A stretch of DNA of 64,000 nucleotides from Chloroflexota bacterium (GCA_963663275.1 OY760183.1:288001-352000), one strand, 5' to 3'. Positions 50,248 through 60,427 are shown, numbered from the stretch's first letter. Translations and numbers: made by a program. The notes: generated by a model from the sequence alone, not told the origin.

Positions 50248-50931
50248 ATGAACGAAACGCCCACGGGTAGGGGCACGGCACGCCGTGCCTCCAGCGCGGC
50301 AGGCCGCGCCGCCGGCGCGGCAGAACGCCCCCAGCTTACCGACAAGCAACGGCAGGTGCTGACGTTTCTCACGCGCGCGCAGCGGGAGGGGCGGTGGCCC
50401 ACCTTGAAAGAGATTGCCCAGCGCATCGGCGCGCGGGCGCCGGCGGCGGCGCACCACCACCTGAAGCGCCTGGAGGCCAAGGGCTACCTGCGCCGCGCGG
50501 CCTGGGGCGCGTACGAACTGACGCCCCAGGTGCAGATGCTGGAGGGCTTGGGCGTGGCGCGCGTGCCGGTGCGCGGCACGATTGCCGCCGGTACCGGCGT
50601 GGAGGCGGTGGAGGCCGTGGAAGACTGGCTCACCGTGGATAGCGTCTTCGCCCGCCATCCCGACGTCTACGCCCTGCGCGTGCAGGGCGACAGCATGGTG
50701 GACGCCTGCGTCTGCGACGGCGACCACGTGCTCATCCGCCCCCAACCCGGCGCGGAGAACGGCGAGATGGTGGCGGCCCTGCGCGACGACGGCACCGCCA
50801 CCCTGAAGAACCTCCACCGCGAGGGCGGCAACGTATTCCTGGTACCCGCCAACCCCTACTACCCCACGCTCCCCGGCGACAACATCACCATTCTCGGCAA
50901 GGTAGTGGGCGTAATCCGCGTGTTTGCATGA
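50248..50931 (+). CDS. lexA: LexA-family repressor (S24 autopeptidase)
   Basis: LTDKQ..PTLKEIA winged HTH, IAAG cleavage site, GDSM Ser and TLK Lys catalytic motifs. Confidence 0.88.
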   Translation: MNETPTGRGTARRASSAAGRAAGAAERPQLTDKQRQVLTFLTRAQREGRWPTLKEIAQRIGARAPAAAHHHLKRLEAKGYLRRAAWGAYELTPQVQMLEGLGVARVPVRGTIAAGTGVEAVEAVEDWLTVDSVFARHPDVYALRVQGDSMVDACVCDGDHVLIRPQPGAENGEMVAALRDDGTATLKNLHREGGNVFLVPANPYYPTLPGDNITILGKVVGVIRVFA

Positions 50932-51185
50932 AGGAGCCGCCAGCACGAGTCGCAAGCAAGAACCGCAGGCAGGAGCCGGGAGCAAGGCATTCCTTCCGTT
51001 CGTCCTGAGCGCGTCGAAGGATGAACGGAAGGAATGCCGAGCGCGTGTAGGGGCGCCTCACGTAGGGGCGCTTCGCGAAGCGCCCCTACGCAAAACGACC
51101 CAACACGAAACGCACATGCGCAAAACGCCCCCTACGCCACGCACAAACCACCGTGCCGGTTTTAACGAAAAGAGAGGAAAGAACA

Positions 51186-51932
51186 ATGGCAGCGACAATG
51201 CCCTTGATGAATGCGGCGCCGTTGGCGAAAGCTACGCCTGTGGCGAAAGCAACGCCTGTGGCGCAAGAGCCGTCACCCGCGCGCCCGCAGCGCGGGCAAA
51301 GTCCGCCGGACGAACTGTTCGTCACGGTGCAGGCGGCCAAGCAAGGCAACACCACCGCCCAGATGCTGCTCATGGACCGCCTGCGCCTGCCCATGGAGCG
51401 CCAGATCCGGCGTCTCAAGCGCAGTTTCCGCCCGTCGGAGGCCGAGGACGCCCGCCAGGAGGTGCAGCGCCTCTTCCTGGAGTTGCTCTACGAATACGAC
51501 CACACGCGCAACGGCAACTTCGAAGCCTACATGTGCACCATGCTCAAGTGGCGCGTGCACAACTTCGGCCGCACGTCCCGCCGCATCGCGCCGCCGGACC
51601 CGGCCCACAACCAGTCGCTCAGCGACGAGATCACGGCCTACCTGGCCGAACAGCGCCTGCGCGCCGGTGGCTGGGACGCTTCGTCCACGCATCCCACGGC
51701 TGACTGGGAGCCTGGGTCCACGGAACCGGCAATCCACGCCGAGCTCGAGATCGCCCTGCAAGCCCTCACGCCCAAGCAGAAGACGGTGCTCTACGCCATC
51801 TACTGGCAGGACCGCCGGGTGGTGGACGTCGCCGCGCGCATGGGCGTCAGCCCCCAAGCCGTGCGCGCCATCCGCCAACGCGCGGAAAAGATCCTCCGCC
51901 AACGCCTGGAAGCCTGCGGCACCGGGTCGTAG
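51186..51932 (+). CDS. Alternative sigma-70 family RNA polymerase sigma factor
   Basis: Region 2 (EDARQE..YD..RNGNFEAY) and region 4 HTH (LTPKQK..VAARMGVSPQAV). Confidence 0.85.
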   Translation: MAATMPLMNAAPLAKATPVAKATPVAQEPSPARPQRGQSPPDELFVTVQAAKQGNTTAQMLLMDRLRLPMERQIRRLKRSFRPSEAEDARQEVQRLFLELLYEYDHTRNGNFEAYMCTMLKWRVHNFGRTSRRIAPPDPAHNQSLSDEITAYLAEQRLRAGGWDASSTHPTADWEPGSTEPAIHAELEIALQALTPKQKTVLYAIYWQDRRVVDVAARMGVSPQAVRAIRQRAEKILRQRLEACGTGS

Positions 51933-52029
51933 CGTGGATTCGCGGGCGGCAATCTCGCGCCCGCTACCGGCGGCAATCGCGGAATTGCCCCAAAAACGCT
52001 ACAATGGCATCAACGGGAAGGAGCGCACC

Positions 52030-52767
52030 ATGGCCGCAACCACCGCGCCAACTGCATCCGCACAGCGGGCACGAGCCAAGAAGCCCCGCCGGGTTGTGCA
52101 GAACGGTTTGCCGACCAACGAGCTTGTCTTCAGCGCCCACGTTGGGGGAAACGAGGACGTCTTCCCGCAGATTCTCTCCCTTTACGTCCCAAAGATGAGC
52201 GTCGTCGCGGACGTAACGTACGGCCAAGGCGTCTTTTGGCGCAACGTTCCCCCAGACCAATACACCGTTCTCGGCACGGACATCCGGACCGGGGTCGATT
52301 GCCGCGAATTGCCCTATGCCGCCGGTGAAATCGATTGCGTCGTGCTTGATCCGCCGTATATGCACTCCCCGGGCGGCACCGCCCATAGCAGCCACAGCGC
52401 GTTCGAGAAGCACTACCGCAACAACGGCGCCGGCAACACGACGGCGAAGAAATACCACGAAGCCGTGTTGGCGCTGTATGCAGAGGCCGGCAAAGAGGCG
52501 CATCGAGTGCTGCGCGAGCGAGGCGTCTTCATCGTCAAATGCCAGGACGAGGTGTGTTCCAACCGCCAGCGCTTCACCCACGTGGAAATCATGCAGTCGT
52601 ATGCCGAAATGGGCTTCGTCCCGGAAGACCTCTTCGTCGTCGTCAGAAGCAATCGCCCCGGCGTAAGCCGTACAGTCCGGCAGGTCCACGCACGGAAGAA
52701 CCATTCCTACTTCCTCGTGTTTTGGAAGCAAGGAACCTCCCGTGCCGTTTGGGAGCCGCCCACGTGA
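52030..52767 (+). CDS. Amino-DNA methyltransferase
   Basis: DVTYGQGVFW SAM-binding motif and LDPPY catalytic motif. Confidence 0.85.
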   Translation: MAATTAPTASAQRARAKKPRRVVQNGLPTNELVFSAHVGGNEDVFPQILSLYVPKMSVVADVTYGQGVFWRNVPPDQYTVLGTDIRTGVDCRELPYAAGEIDCVVLDPPYMHSPGGTAHSSHSAFEKHYRNNGAGNTTAKKYHEAVLALYAEAGKEAHRVLRERGVFIVKCQDEVCSNRQRFTHVEIMQSYAEMGFVPEDLFVVVRSNRPGVSRTVRQVHARKNHSYFLVFWKQGTSRAVWEPPT

Positions 52768-53270
52768 ACGCGGTAGACTTGCTGGCCGCCATCATTCGTG
52801 AACACGCGCCGGCAGACATCTGGCAAGACTCTCCGCTCATTGGGTATCGTATGCTTGGGAATACGAACCGGGGCGAAATAGGCGAGACGTTTATTCGGCG
52901 CTATTTGGAACAGCACGGTATCACGGCGGGAAGCGGTGCCCGCACGTCTGAAACCGATCTCCGCGTTGGAGCCTTGCGTTTCGAAGTCAAAACGGCATCT
53001 CTTGGAGCTAACCGTACATTTCAGTTCAACCACGTTCGATTGGATCGAAGGTATGACTATCTCCTGTGCCTCGGCATTTGTCCGCATCAGGTCGTGTTCA
53101 ACATGTGGCGCAAGGGCGCGGTGGCGGAAAACCGGGCGGGAAACCTGGCTCGCATGGCAGAAGGCCAGGCAGTGACCTACAAACTTACGAAGAAACTCGA
53201 TGACATGCGGGGCATCGCCGAATTTCCGGCCGCGGTGAGAAACGCGCTTGACGGAAACAGAGGAGAGTAG
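52764..53270 (+). CDS. Putative PD-(D/E)xK restriction endonuclease
   Basis: GEIGE...TDL...FEVKTA; GTGA overlap with the MTase. Confidence 0.7.
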   Translation: MNAVDLLAAIIREHAPADIWQDSPLIGYRMLGNTNRGEIGETFIRRYLEQHGITAGSGARTSETDLRVGALRFEVKTASLGANRTFQFNHVRLDRRYDYLLCLGICPHQVVFNMWRKGAVAENRAGNLARMAEGQAVTYKLTKKLDDMRGIAEFPAAVRNALDGNRGE

Positions 53271-53273
53271 TCG

Positions 53274-53948
53274 ATGCAAACACTACAGCGTACGCGAGCC
53301 GACGCCCAGGTGGCGCGTACCCGAGAGGCCGGGATGGTGGTGATCATCCGGGGCGTGCCGCCGGAGTGGGCCGTGCCCATCGGCGAGGCGCTGCTGGCGG
53401 CGGACGTGGACGTGATGGAAATCACGCTGAACACGCCAAACGCGCTGGAGATGATCGGCGACGCGCGCGCCGCGCTGGGCGACCGCATGGCCCTGGGCGC
53501 GGGCACGGTGCTCTCGGTGGCCGACGCCGAAAGCGCCCTCGCCGCCGGGGCCGAGTTCTTCGTCTCGCCGCACCTGGATACCGAGATCGTCCGGTTTGCC
53601 AACGAGCGCGACTGCATGGTGGTTCCCGGCGCGTTCACGCCCACCGAGGTCTTTACCGCCCTGCGCGCCGGCGCCGACGTGGTCAAGATATTTCCCGCCA
53701 ACATCCCGGGGCCGCAATTCCTCCAGGACCTGGCCGGACCGTTCGGCCCGCTGCCGCTGCTGCCCACCGGCGGGATTACGACGGCGAACGCCGCCGAGTA
53801 TATCCGGTGCGGCGCGCTGGCCCTGGGCGTCGGGGGAAAGCTGGTGGACTGGCGCAACCTGGACGGCCGCTTCGAGCGCGTCACGGCTGCCGCCCGCGCC
53901 CTGCGCGCGGCCGTCCAACAGGCCCGGCGCGCAAGCGAAAACCTATAG
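53274..53948 (+). CDS. eda: KDPG/KHG aldolase
   Basis: EITLNTP, GAGTV, FFVSP, TPTE, KIFPA, PTGG. Confidence 0.9.
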   Translation: MQTLQRTRADAQVARTREAGMVVIIRGVPPEWAVPIGEALLAADVDVMEITLNTPNALEMIGDARAALGDRMALGAGTVLSVADAESALAAGAEFFVSPHLDTEIVRFANERDCMVVPGAFTPTEVFTALRAGADVVKIFPANIPGPQFLQDLAGPFGPLPLLPTGGITTANAAEYIRCGALALGVGGKLVDWRNLDGRFERVTAAARALRAAVQQARRASENL

Positions 53949-54217
53949 CACAGGTCTGCGCGCCACCAACCGGCAAACGCAGGCCCGCCGCCCTCCGGTA
54001 GCGTAGGCCCACAGTCCGGTAGCGCAGGTTTGTAACCTGCGGCTCGGTTGCGCAGGCCCACTGTCCGGTAGGTTTGTAACCTGCGGCATGGCAACGCGCA
54101 ACCCGCGCCGGATCAAAGACGAATTAACCGTAGCGCGGGGGCTTGTCCCCCGCTTCCCCGTAGCGGCCCTCGGGCCAGGCCCGGCGAGATACGCACAAGG
54201 AGAAACCCACACCACCG

Positions 54218-55681
54218 ATGCCACCCACCTTCAAAGACCTGCGCGAATTCATCACCTTTCTCGAAGACAAAGGCGAATTGCAGCGCATCACCGCCCCGGT
54301 CGATCCTGAGCTTGAGATCACCGAAATCACCGATCGCGTCACCAAGGCCGGCGGGCCTGCGCTGCTCTTCGAGAACGTGCAAGGCTCGGACATCCCGCTG
54401 CTCATCAACACCTTTGGCTCCGAGCAGCGCACCGCGTGGGCGCTCGGCGCCGATTCGTGGGAAGAACTACCGCAAAAGCTGGACAACCTGCTCGGCATCG
54501 CCCTGGGCGGGCCTCCGGAAGGTCTCGCCGCCAAGCTCCAGGCCGGCGGCGAGTTGCTCAAGCTGGCGCGCATCGCGCCCAAGGTCGTCGATTCCGCCCC
54601 GTGCCAGGAGGTGGTGCTCACCGGCGACGACGTAGACCTGGGCATGTTGCCCATCATCAAGTGCTGGCCGCTGGACGCCGGCAAGTACATCACCCTGCCG
54701 CTGGTGTGCAGTTACGATCCCAACACCGGCAAGCGCAACGTGGGCTGCTACCGCATGCAGGTGCTCAGCAAGAACACCACCGCCATGCACTGGCAGCGCC
54801 ACAAAGGCGGGCGCGAGCACTACGACGACAGCATGGAGAAGAAGGAGCGCCTGCAACTGGCGGTGGCCCTGGGTGCGGAACCGGCCGCGGTCTACAGCGG
54901 CACCGCGCCGCTGCCCCAGGGCATCGACGAATTCCTCTTTGCCGGATTCCTTCGCGGCGGGCCGGTGCAACTGGTCAAGGGCAAGACCGTGGACGTAATG
55001 GCGCCCGCCAACAGTGAAATCGTGCTGGAAGGCTACGTCGAGCCGGGCGAATACGCCACGGAAGGCCCGTTTGGCGATCACACCGGCTACTATTCTACCG
55101 CCGACCAGTACCCGGTCTTCCACGTCACCGCCATCACGCACCGGCGCGACCCCATCTACGCGACCATCATCGTGGGCCGCCCGCCCATGGAAGACATCTA
55201 CATGGGCAAGGCCACCGAGCGCATCTTCCTGCCGCTCATCAAGATGCTGGTACCGGAGGTTCACGACATCGCCCTGCCGGACGAAGGCGTCTTCCACAAC
55301 ATCGTCTTCGTGGCAATCAAGAAGCGCTTTCCCGGCCACGCGCGCAAGACCATGTACGCCCTGTGGAGTCTGCACCAGATGATGTGCGTCAAGTTCATCG
55401 TGGTGGTGGACGACGACATCGACGTGCAGAATACGTCCGAGGTGCTCTTCCGCATGGGGAATAACGTTGACTGGAAGCGGGATACGGTGATTGTGGAAGG
55501 GCCGGTGGATTCGCTCGACCACGCGGCGCCCCTGCCGAACTACGGCGGCAAGATGGGCGTGGACGCCACCCGCAAGACGGCGGAAGAAGGCTTCACCCGC
55601 GAGTGGCCGCCGGACATCGTGATGGACCCGGAGATCGAGGAACGGGTAACCCGCCGCTGGCGTGAGTACTTCCAGGTGTAA
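54218..55681 (+). CDS. ubiD: UbiD-family (menaquinone-pathway type) decarboxylase
   Basis: NVGCYRMQ, EGPFGDHTGYY, GRPPMED, GVDATRK. Confidence 0.92.
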   Translation: MPPTFKDLREFITFLEDKGELQRITAPVDPELEITEITDRVTKAGGPALLFENVQGSDIPLLINTFGSEQRTAWALGADSWEELPQKLDNLLGIALGGPPEGLAAKLQAGGELLKLARIAPKVVDSAPCQEVVLTGDDVDLGMLPIIKCWPLDAGKYITLPLVCSYDPNTGKRNVGCYRMQVLSKNTTAMHWQRHKGGREHYDDSMEKKERLQLAVALGAEPAAVYSGTAPLPQGIDEFLFAGFLRGGPVQLVKGKTVDVMAPANSEIVLEGYVEPGEYATEGPFGDHTGYYSTADQYPVFHVTAITHRRDPIYATIIVGRPPMEDIYMGKATERIFLPLIKMLVPEVHDIALPDEGVFHNIVFVAIKKRFPGHARKTMYALWSLHQMMCVKFIVVVDDDIDVQNTSEVLFRMGNNVDWKRDTVIVEGPVDSLDHAAPLPNYGGKMGVDATRKTAEEGFTREWPPDIVMDPEIEERVTRRWREYFQV

Positions 55682-55731
55682 CCTGTCTCCTCGAACAGGT
55701 GTTACCTATGTCCCCGGACTCTCCATTCCAG

Positions 55732-55896
55732 GGCTGACAAGGGTATGTAAATGTCATTCCGAGCGCAGCGTCGAACAAGGTTCGCGGAATCTAGAGATGC
55801 TGATCTTGCAAGGCTGCGCTCTAGATTCCTCACTCCGCTGCGCTCCGTTCGGAATGACACGTCAAGTCGACTATAGAGTACATACCCCTGTCAGCC
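55732..55896. mobile_element. Inner-type MITE
   Basis: GGCTGAC...GTCAGCC flanked by ATTCCAG direct repeats. Confidence 0.85.
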
Positions 55897-56584
55897 ATTC
55901 CAGGGAGAGGGAGTCCGAGCGCGGGTTCGCGCGGGACATGCGCGAAACCTGCGTCTGCCGTAGGCTCATTGTGTACGTGCCCTCACAATGATGGGACGTC
56001 ATTTGAAAGCACGCCGCGCTGGCTGCTCTGGCGGGGGACAAGCCCCAATGTTGTCGCATTAAACGCAATGAGAGTGAAAACTACGCTTGTTTCTCCGGTA
56101 GCGCAGGTTCGCACGGGAAGTGCGCGTAACCTGCGTCTTCCGTAGCGTCAATCGATTCCGTTCTCATTTTTCTTGTCCCGGCGGGGGACAAGCCCCCGCG
56201 CTACGTTTACGCGACAGTATTGGGGACAAGCTCCCGCGCTACGTCAGTGCGACAACACAAGGGCTTATCCCCGCTCCCCACCCGCGCAGGTTGCAAACCT
56301 ACGCTACCAGAGCGGCCGCTGCCAACATCGTCACCGTAGCGCCGGGGCTTGTCCCCAGTGTTGTCGCATAGAACTGCTGAGCACTGTCCTCCCCGTTCGT
56401 GCTGAGCCCGTCGAAGTATGAACGGGGAGGACAGCGCTCAGCAACCGGCCCGCCGTTCACCTGGCGACAGGCACAAGACCCGCCCCGAGCCTGCCGCGCG
56501 GGCCTCCCGCTGTTTCACGGCGGCGGCAAATGCGCTAGCATTGGTGAGCAGCGTGCCCGCAGTAGCGCGAAAGAAACACCGTCT

Positions 56585-58459
56585 GTGCAGGATCTCGTCA
56601 TCAGCGCGCCGCACCCCTGGTTGTTTGGGCCGGCGGCGGTCTTCCTCATCCTCAGCGCCCTCCTCATTGGCGCCGATTACGTCGTGCGGGGCAGCGCGTG
56701 GCTGCAGCAGCGCCTGGTGCGCTGGCGCTGGACGCGGCCGCTGGTCGTCCTGCTGCGCGTATCCAGCGGGTGGATCGCGTTCTATCCGCTCATCGCCGCC
56801 GTCGCCATCGCCGCGCTGCTGGCGCAGATCAGCATCTACGCCTCATTTAGCGGGGACGTTCCCCTGGAAGTTAGCGCCGGAACCTGGCTCGCGCTGCCCA
56901 CCAACGCCATCGTGCTGACCTTTCGGGTGGACGCCGTCAGCCTGCTCTTCCTCTGGCTTGGCGCGGCCCTGATCTTCTGCCACCTGTGGACGTTGCCCGC
57001 GGCCCACCTGCCGCGTGATCAGATGGGGCGCGCCTACGCCTTCGTGCTGCTCACGCTATGCGCCTACGGCGGCCTGGTGCTCTCCGAGAATCTCCTCTTC
57101 CTCTACGTCTTCTGGGAGGCGCTGGGGTTGGCCGGTTACTTCCTGGCGGTCTTGCCGCGCGAAGAGCGCCCCCACATCGGCGCGGTGGCCGTGCGCCTGC
57201 TGCTGGTCAGCCACCTTTCCGGCTACGGCCTGCTGGCGGCCATTCTCATCATCTCACGCCGCAGCGACCAATACCTCTACGGCGACATATCCTCCGGCGT
57301 CTTCGATGCGTTGGTGGTCGGCCTGGTGCTGGCTGCGGTCGCGGTGCGCGCCGGTTGGCCGCCGTTCCACGGCTGGACCGCCTCGCTGCGCAGCCATCTG
57401 GCGCCGATCTACGCCAACGTAGCCGGCATCATGCTGCTCGGCGCAGCCTACGTAGTGGCCCGTTTCCTGGTGCTTTCCGGCCCCGAACCGTTCATGCCGT
57501 GGTCGCTCCCGTTGCTGGTGGTTGGCTGCCTCAGCCTGGCGCTCTCCATTGCCGCCATGCTGGCCATGGGCAGGCTGACGTCGCTGCTGGCCGTAAACTG
57601 GATCGGCCATGCCGGCCTCATCGCGGTAGCCGTCGGCGTCGGCACCTATCAAGCCGTCGCCGCCGCCGCGCTCACGCTCTTCAGCGGCAGCGTCGGCATG
57701 GCGCTGGTCGCGGCCGCGGGACCGCCGCTGCTGGCGATTCACCGCCGCAGCCGGCGCTCGTTATGGGCCTTGCCCGCGGCCGCGCTCATCATCGGCATCG
57801 CGGCCCTGGCCGGCATCATCCTCCCCCTCAGCGCCGCCTCGCGCTCGCTGCTCTTCACCGCACTGGAGCGGGAAGCGTGGGGCATACCCATCCAGGCGCT
57901 GCTCATCCTCTTTGGCATCTTCACCATTATCACCTTTGGTCGCTGGATGCAGCGCCTCTTCGTCAATCCGCCGCTCACCTCCGCCCGGCGCGGGGAAGCG
58001 CTGCTGGACCAGGGCCATCTGGTGTGGCTGCTCGCCGCGGCCGGCGTCGTCATGGCCGTGCTGCAATGGCGGCTGCCCGTCGTCGTCTGGCCGGCCGCCG
58101 CCACCATCAGCCATGCCATCGAGTTCGACCGGTCGTTGTTCTCGTGGGGCGCCCTCTTTACGGTCAGCACGCTTTCCACCGTGCTGGTGGGCGGCGTCGG
58201 CGTGGTCGCGGTGCTGTTGCTGCGGCGCATGCATCCCCGGGACCGGCGCCAACTCGCCGCCGTAACGCGGACCATCGGCGGCGCCGCGGACCGGCTCCTG
58301 GTGCCGCCGAACGTCATCCTCGTCGTCGTGGGGCGCTGCCTGGCCGCGCTGGGCAGAACCACGGCCGCGGCGGAGCGGCGCTACTACGTCGCCATTGCCA
58401 TGCTCGCCCTGCTCGCGCTCTTCGTCCTGCTGCTGGAAACGCAAGGAATTGCCCCGTGA
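56585..58459 (+). CDS. Proton-conducting membrane subunit (HyfB/NuoL/MrpA-like)
   Basis: LYVFWE, PPFHGW; many TM helices. Confidence 0.8.
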   Translation: MQDLVISAPHPWLFGPAAVFLILSALLIGADYVVRGSAWLQQRLVRWRWTRPLVVLLRVSSGWIAFYPLIAAVAIAALLAQISIYASFSGDVPLEVSAGTWLALPTNAIVLTFRVDAVSLLFLWLGAALIFCHLWTLPAAHLPRDQMGRAYAFVLLTLCAYGGLVLSENLLFLYVFWEALGLAGYFLAVLPREERPHIGAVAVRLLLVSHLSGYGLLAAILIISRRSDQYLYGDISSGVFDALVVGLVLAAVAVRAGWPPFHGWTASLRSHLAPIYANVAGIMLLGAAYVVARFLVLSGPEPFMPWSLPLLVVGCLSLALSIAAMLAMGRLTSLLAVNWIGHAGLIAVAVGVGTYQAVAAAALTLFSGSVGMALVAAAGPPLLAIHRRSRRSLWALPAAALIIGIAALAGIILPLSAASRSLLFTALEREAWGIPIQALLILFGIFTIITFGRWMQRLFVNPPLTSARRGEALLDQGHLVWLLAAAGVVMAVLQWRLPVVVWPAAATISHAIEFDRSLFSWGALFTVSTLSTVLVGGVGVVAVLLLRRMHPRDRRQLAAVTRTIGGAADRLLVPPNVILVVVGRCLAALGRTTAAAERRYYVAIAMLALLALFVLLLETQGIAP

Positions 58460-59049
58460 GTTGGGACGCCCTCATCCTCGTGTTCGTGCTCGCCGGCGCC
58501 GCCACCGTGCTGGTAACGCAGCGGTGGCTGCCCGCGTTCGGCGGCCTGGTCGCCGCCTATCTGGGCACCGCGCTGTTGCTCATCGCCTACTCCGGCACGG
58601 TCGTAGCGGTCACGCGCATCATCATCGGTCTCACCGTCGCCATGATGCTCGCCGTGGCGCTCTGGATGGAGCGGGAACGGCCCCTGCAGAATCAAGCCCT
58701 GTTCGAGACGCCCACCCTGGTCGGCGTCGCCGCCCTCGGCGTGCTGGCGGCCTACGTCCTGGCCGAGCGCATGCCCACGTTGATAGACCCGATCGCCGCC
58801 ATGGCCGCCGCGGCCGTCCTGCTGCTGGGCTTCTTTACGGTTGTGCTGCGCACCAGCACCTTCGGCCTCAGCATGGGCGCGCTGCTCATCGCCAACGGGC
58901 TGGACTTCACCATCTGCCTCTTCCTGGGCGAGCAGGGCATGGCGCTGCTCACGGTGGAAGGCCTGGTGCTGGTGGGTGTAACGTTTCTGGTAACGCTGGT
59001 GCAGATCATAGACTTCGAGGGCTTTGTGGAGCGCGATGCAAGCGGATAG
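58456..59049 (+). CDS. Membrane protein (HyfE-like)
   Basis: GTGA overlap; hydrophobic, with LLIANG motif. Confidence 0.7.
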   Translation: MSWDALILVFVLAGAATVLVTQRWLPAFGGLVAAYLGTALLLIAYSGTVVAVTRIIIGLTVAMMLAVALWMERERPLQNQALFETPTLVGVAALGVLAAYVLAERMPTLIDPIAAMAAAAVLLLGFFTVVLRTSTFGLSMGALLIANGLDFTICLFLGEQGMALLTVEGLVLVGVTFLVTLVQIIDFEGFVERDASG

Positions 59050-60427
59050 CCTGCTCATCACGCCGTTGCACCTGCTGCTCGTCCCCTTTGGCGCAGCCGG
59101 GTTGACGCTGCTCGCGCGCCGCTGGTCGGCGTTCGCCGGGATCGTGGCCCTGGGCGCGCTCATCGCCACGCTTGCCCTGGGCCTCATCGTCAACACGCAG
59201 GCGGAGAGTCCTTTCCTCACGCTTTCGTTGCAACTTGACGACAGGGTGCGCATGCCGGTGCTGCTCTTCATAGCGCTGCTGGCCCTCACGCTGGTGTTCC
59301 ACCTCATACGCAATCAAGGCGAATTCTTCCCAGCCACCGTCTGCCTGCTGGCCGCGCTCATCGCCGCCGCCGCGCTCATCTATTCCCGTTACGTGGTAAC
59401 CGCGGCCGTGCTCCAATTGGCGCACGTGGTGGCGGCGATGGTCATCCTGGGCCGGACGCCCACGCGCCAGGTTGGCGTTACGGTGATTCGCTACGCGCTC
59501 ATGATGACCCTCGGCGGCGCGCTCGTCGTCCTGGGCTTGCTCTTAGTGGACGAGTACCGCATCAGCCCGGAAACCGAGGTGAGCGTGCGCCTGATCGCCG
59601 CCGTGCTCGCCGTGGGTTTCGGCACGCTGCTGGCCGCCGCGCCGCTCTACTTCTGGCTGCCCGACGTGGCCTACTGCGCGCCGGTGATGGGCTTCGCCCT
59701 GATTGCCGCCGTCCTCCACATGGTAACCGCCGCTTTCCTGGTCTCGGTGCTGGCCACCTTCCCGTGGCTCACCAACGACCCCGACATCAACGCCCTGATC
59801 GCCTTGGGCGGACTGGTGACGATCATGCTCGGCGCGCTGCTGGCCTACAGCGCCAACGACCTGCGCGGGCTTGTGGGCTACTCCACCGTGAGCGCCAGCG
59901 GCTTCATCGTGGTGGGGGTGGCTTCCCGCTCGGCGCTCGCAATCGCCGGCGCGCTCTACCAGACCTTGGCCATGGCCGCGGCGCTCTTTCTGCTCGGCGT
60001 CCTGATTGGCGTGATCGAAGAGCGCCTGGGGGGCGTCACCTTTGCGCAAATCGCCGGCTTGAGCGCCCGCGCGCCGCTGCTAACGCTGGCTTTCGTGGTG
60101 GGCAGTTTCTCCATCGTGGGCGTGCCGGGCTTTGCCACCTTTCCCGGGCGCTGGCTGGTCTTCCAGGCCGCTTCGCAACAGGGCGAGTGGTTTCTCTTCA
60201 TGCTGCTGGCGGGCAGCGGCCTGCTGATGCTGGCGTACGCCCGCGCCCTGCGCGCCTGCCTGCGGCCGGTGCAGATCCCGGGCAGGATTCGCCCCTTCTC
60301 CCGGGCCGGCGCGGTGATGGTCCTGCTGCTGGCCGTCACGTGCTGCGGCCTCGGCTTCTACCCGTCACCGATCTTCACCGCCATCCTGGACCTGGTAAAA
60401 GAACTCAGCTTCGTGCGCATCGTCTAG
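59036..60427 (+). CDS. Proton-conducting membrane subunit (HyfF/NuoM/MrpD-like)
   Basis: PLYFWLPD, LVGYSTVS, GVPGFATF. Confidence 0.82.
   Translation: MQADSLLITPLHLLLVPFGAAGLTLLARRWSAFAGIVALGALIATLALGLIVNTQAESPFLTLSLQLDDRVRMPVLLFIALLALTLVFHLIRNQGEFFPATVCLLAALIAAAALIYSRYVVTAAVLQLAHVVAAMVILGRTPTRQVGVTVIRYALMMTLGGALVVLGLLLVDEYRISPETEVSVRLIAAVLAVGFGTLLAAAPLYFWLPDVAYCAPVMGFALIAAVLHMVTAAFLVSVLATFPWLTNDPDINALIALGGLVTIMLGALLAYSANDLRGLVGYSTVSASGFIVVGVASRSALAIAGALYQTLAMAAALFLLGVLIGVIEERLGGVTFAQIAGLSARAPLLTLAFVVGSFSIVGVPGFATFPGRWLVFQAASQQGEWFLFMLLAGSGLLMLAYARALRACLRPVQIPGRIRPFSRAGAVMVLLLAVTCCGLGFYPSPIFTAILDLVKELSFVRIV

Noticed and set aside
51211-52029. N-terminal extension of the MTase overlapping the sigma gene
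   Set aside because: Alternate frame of the sigma gene; the real start is ATG 52030 after AAGGAG.
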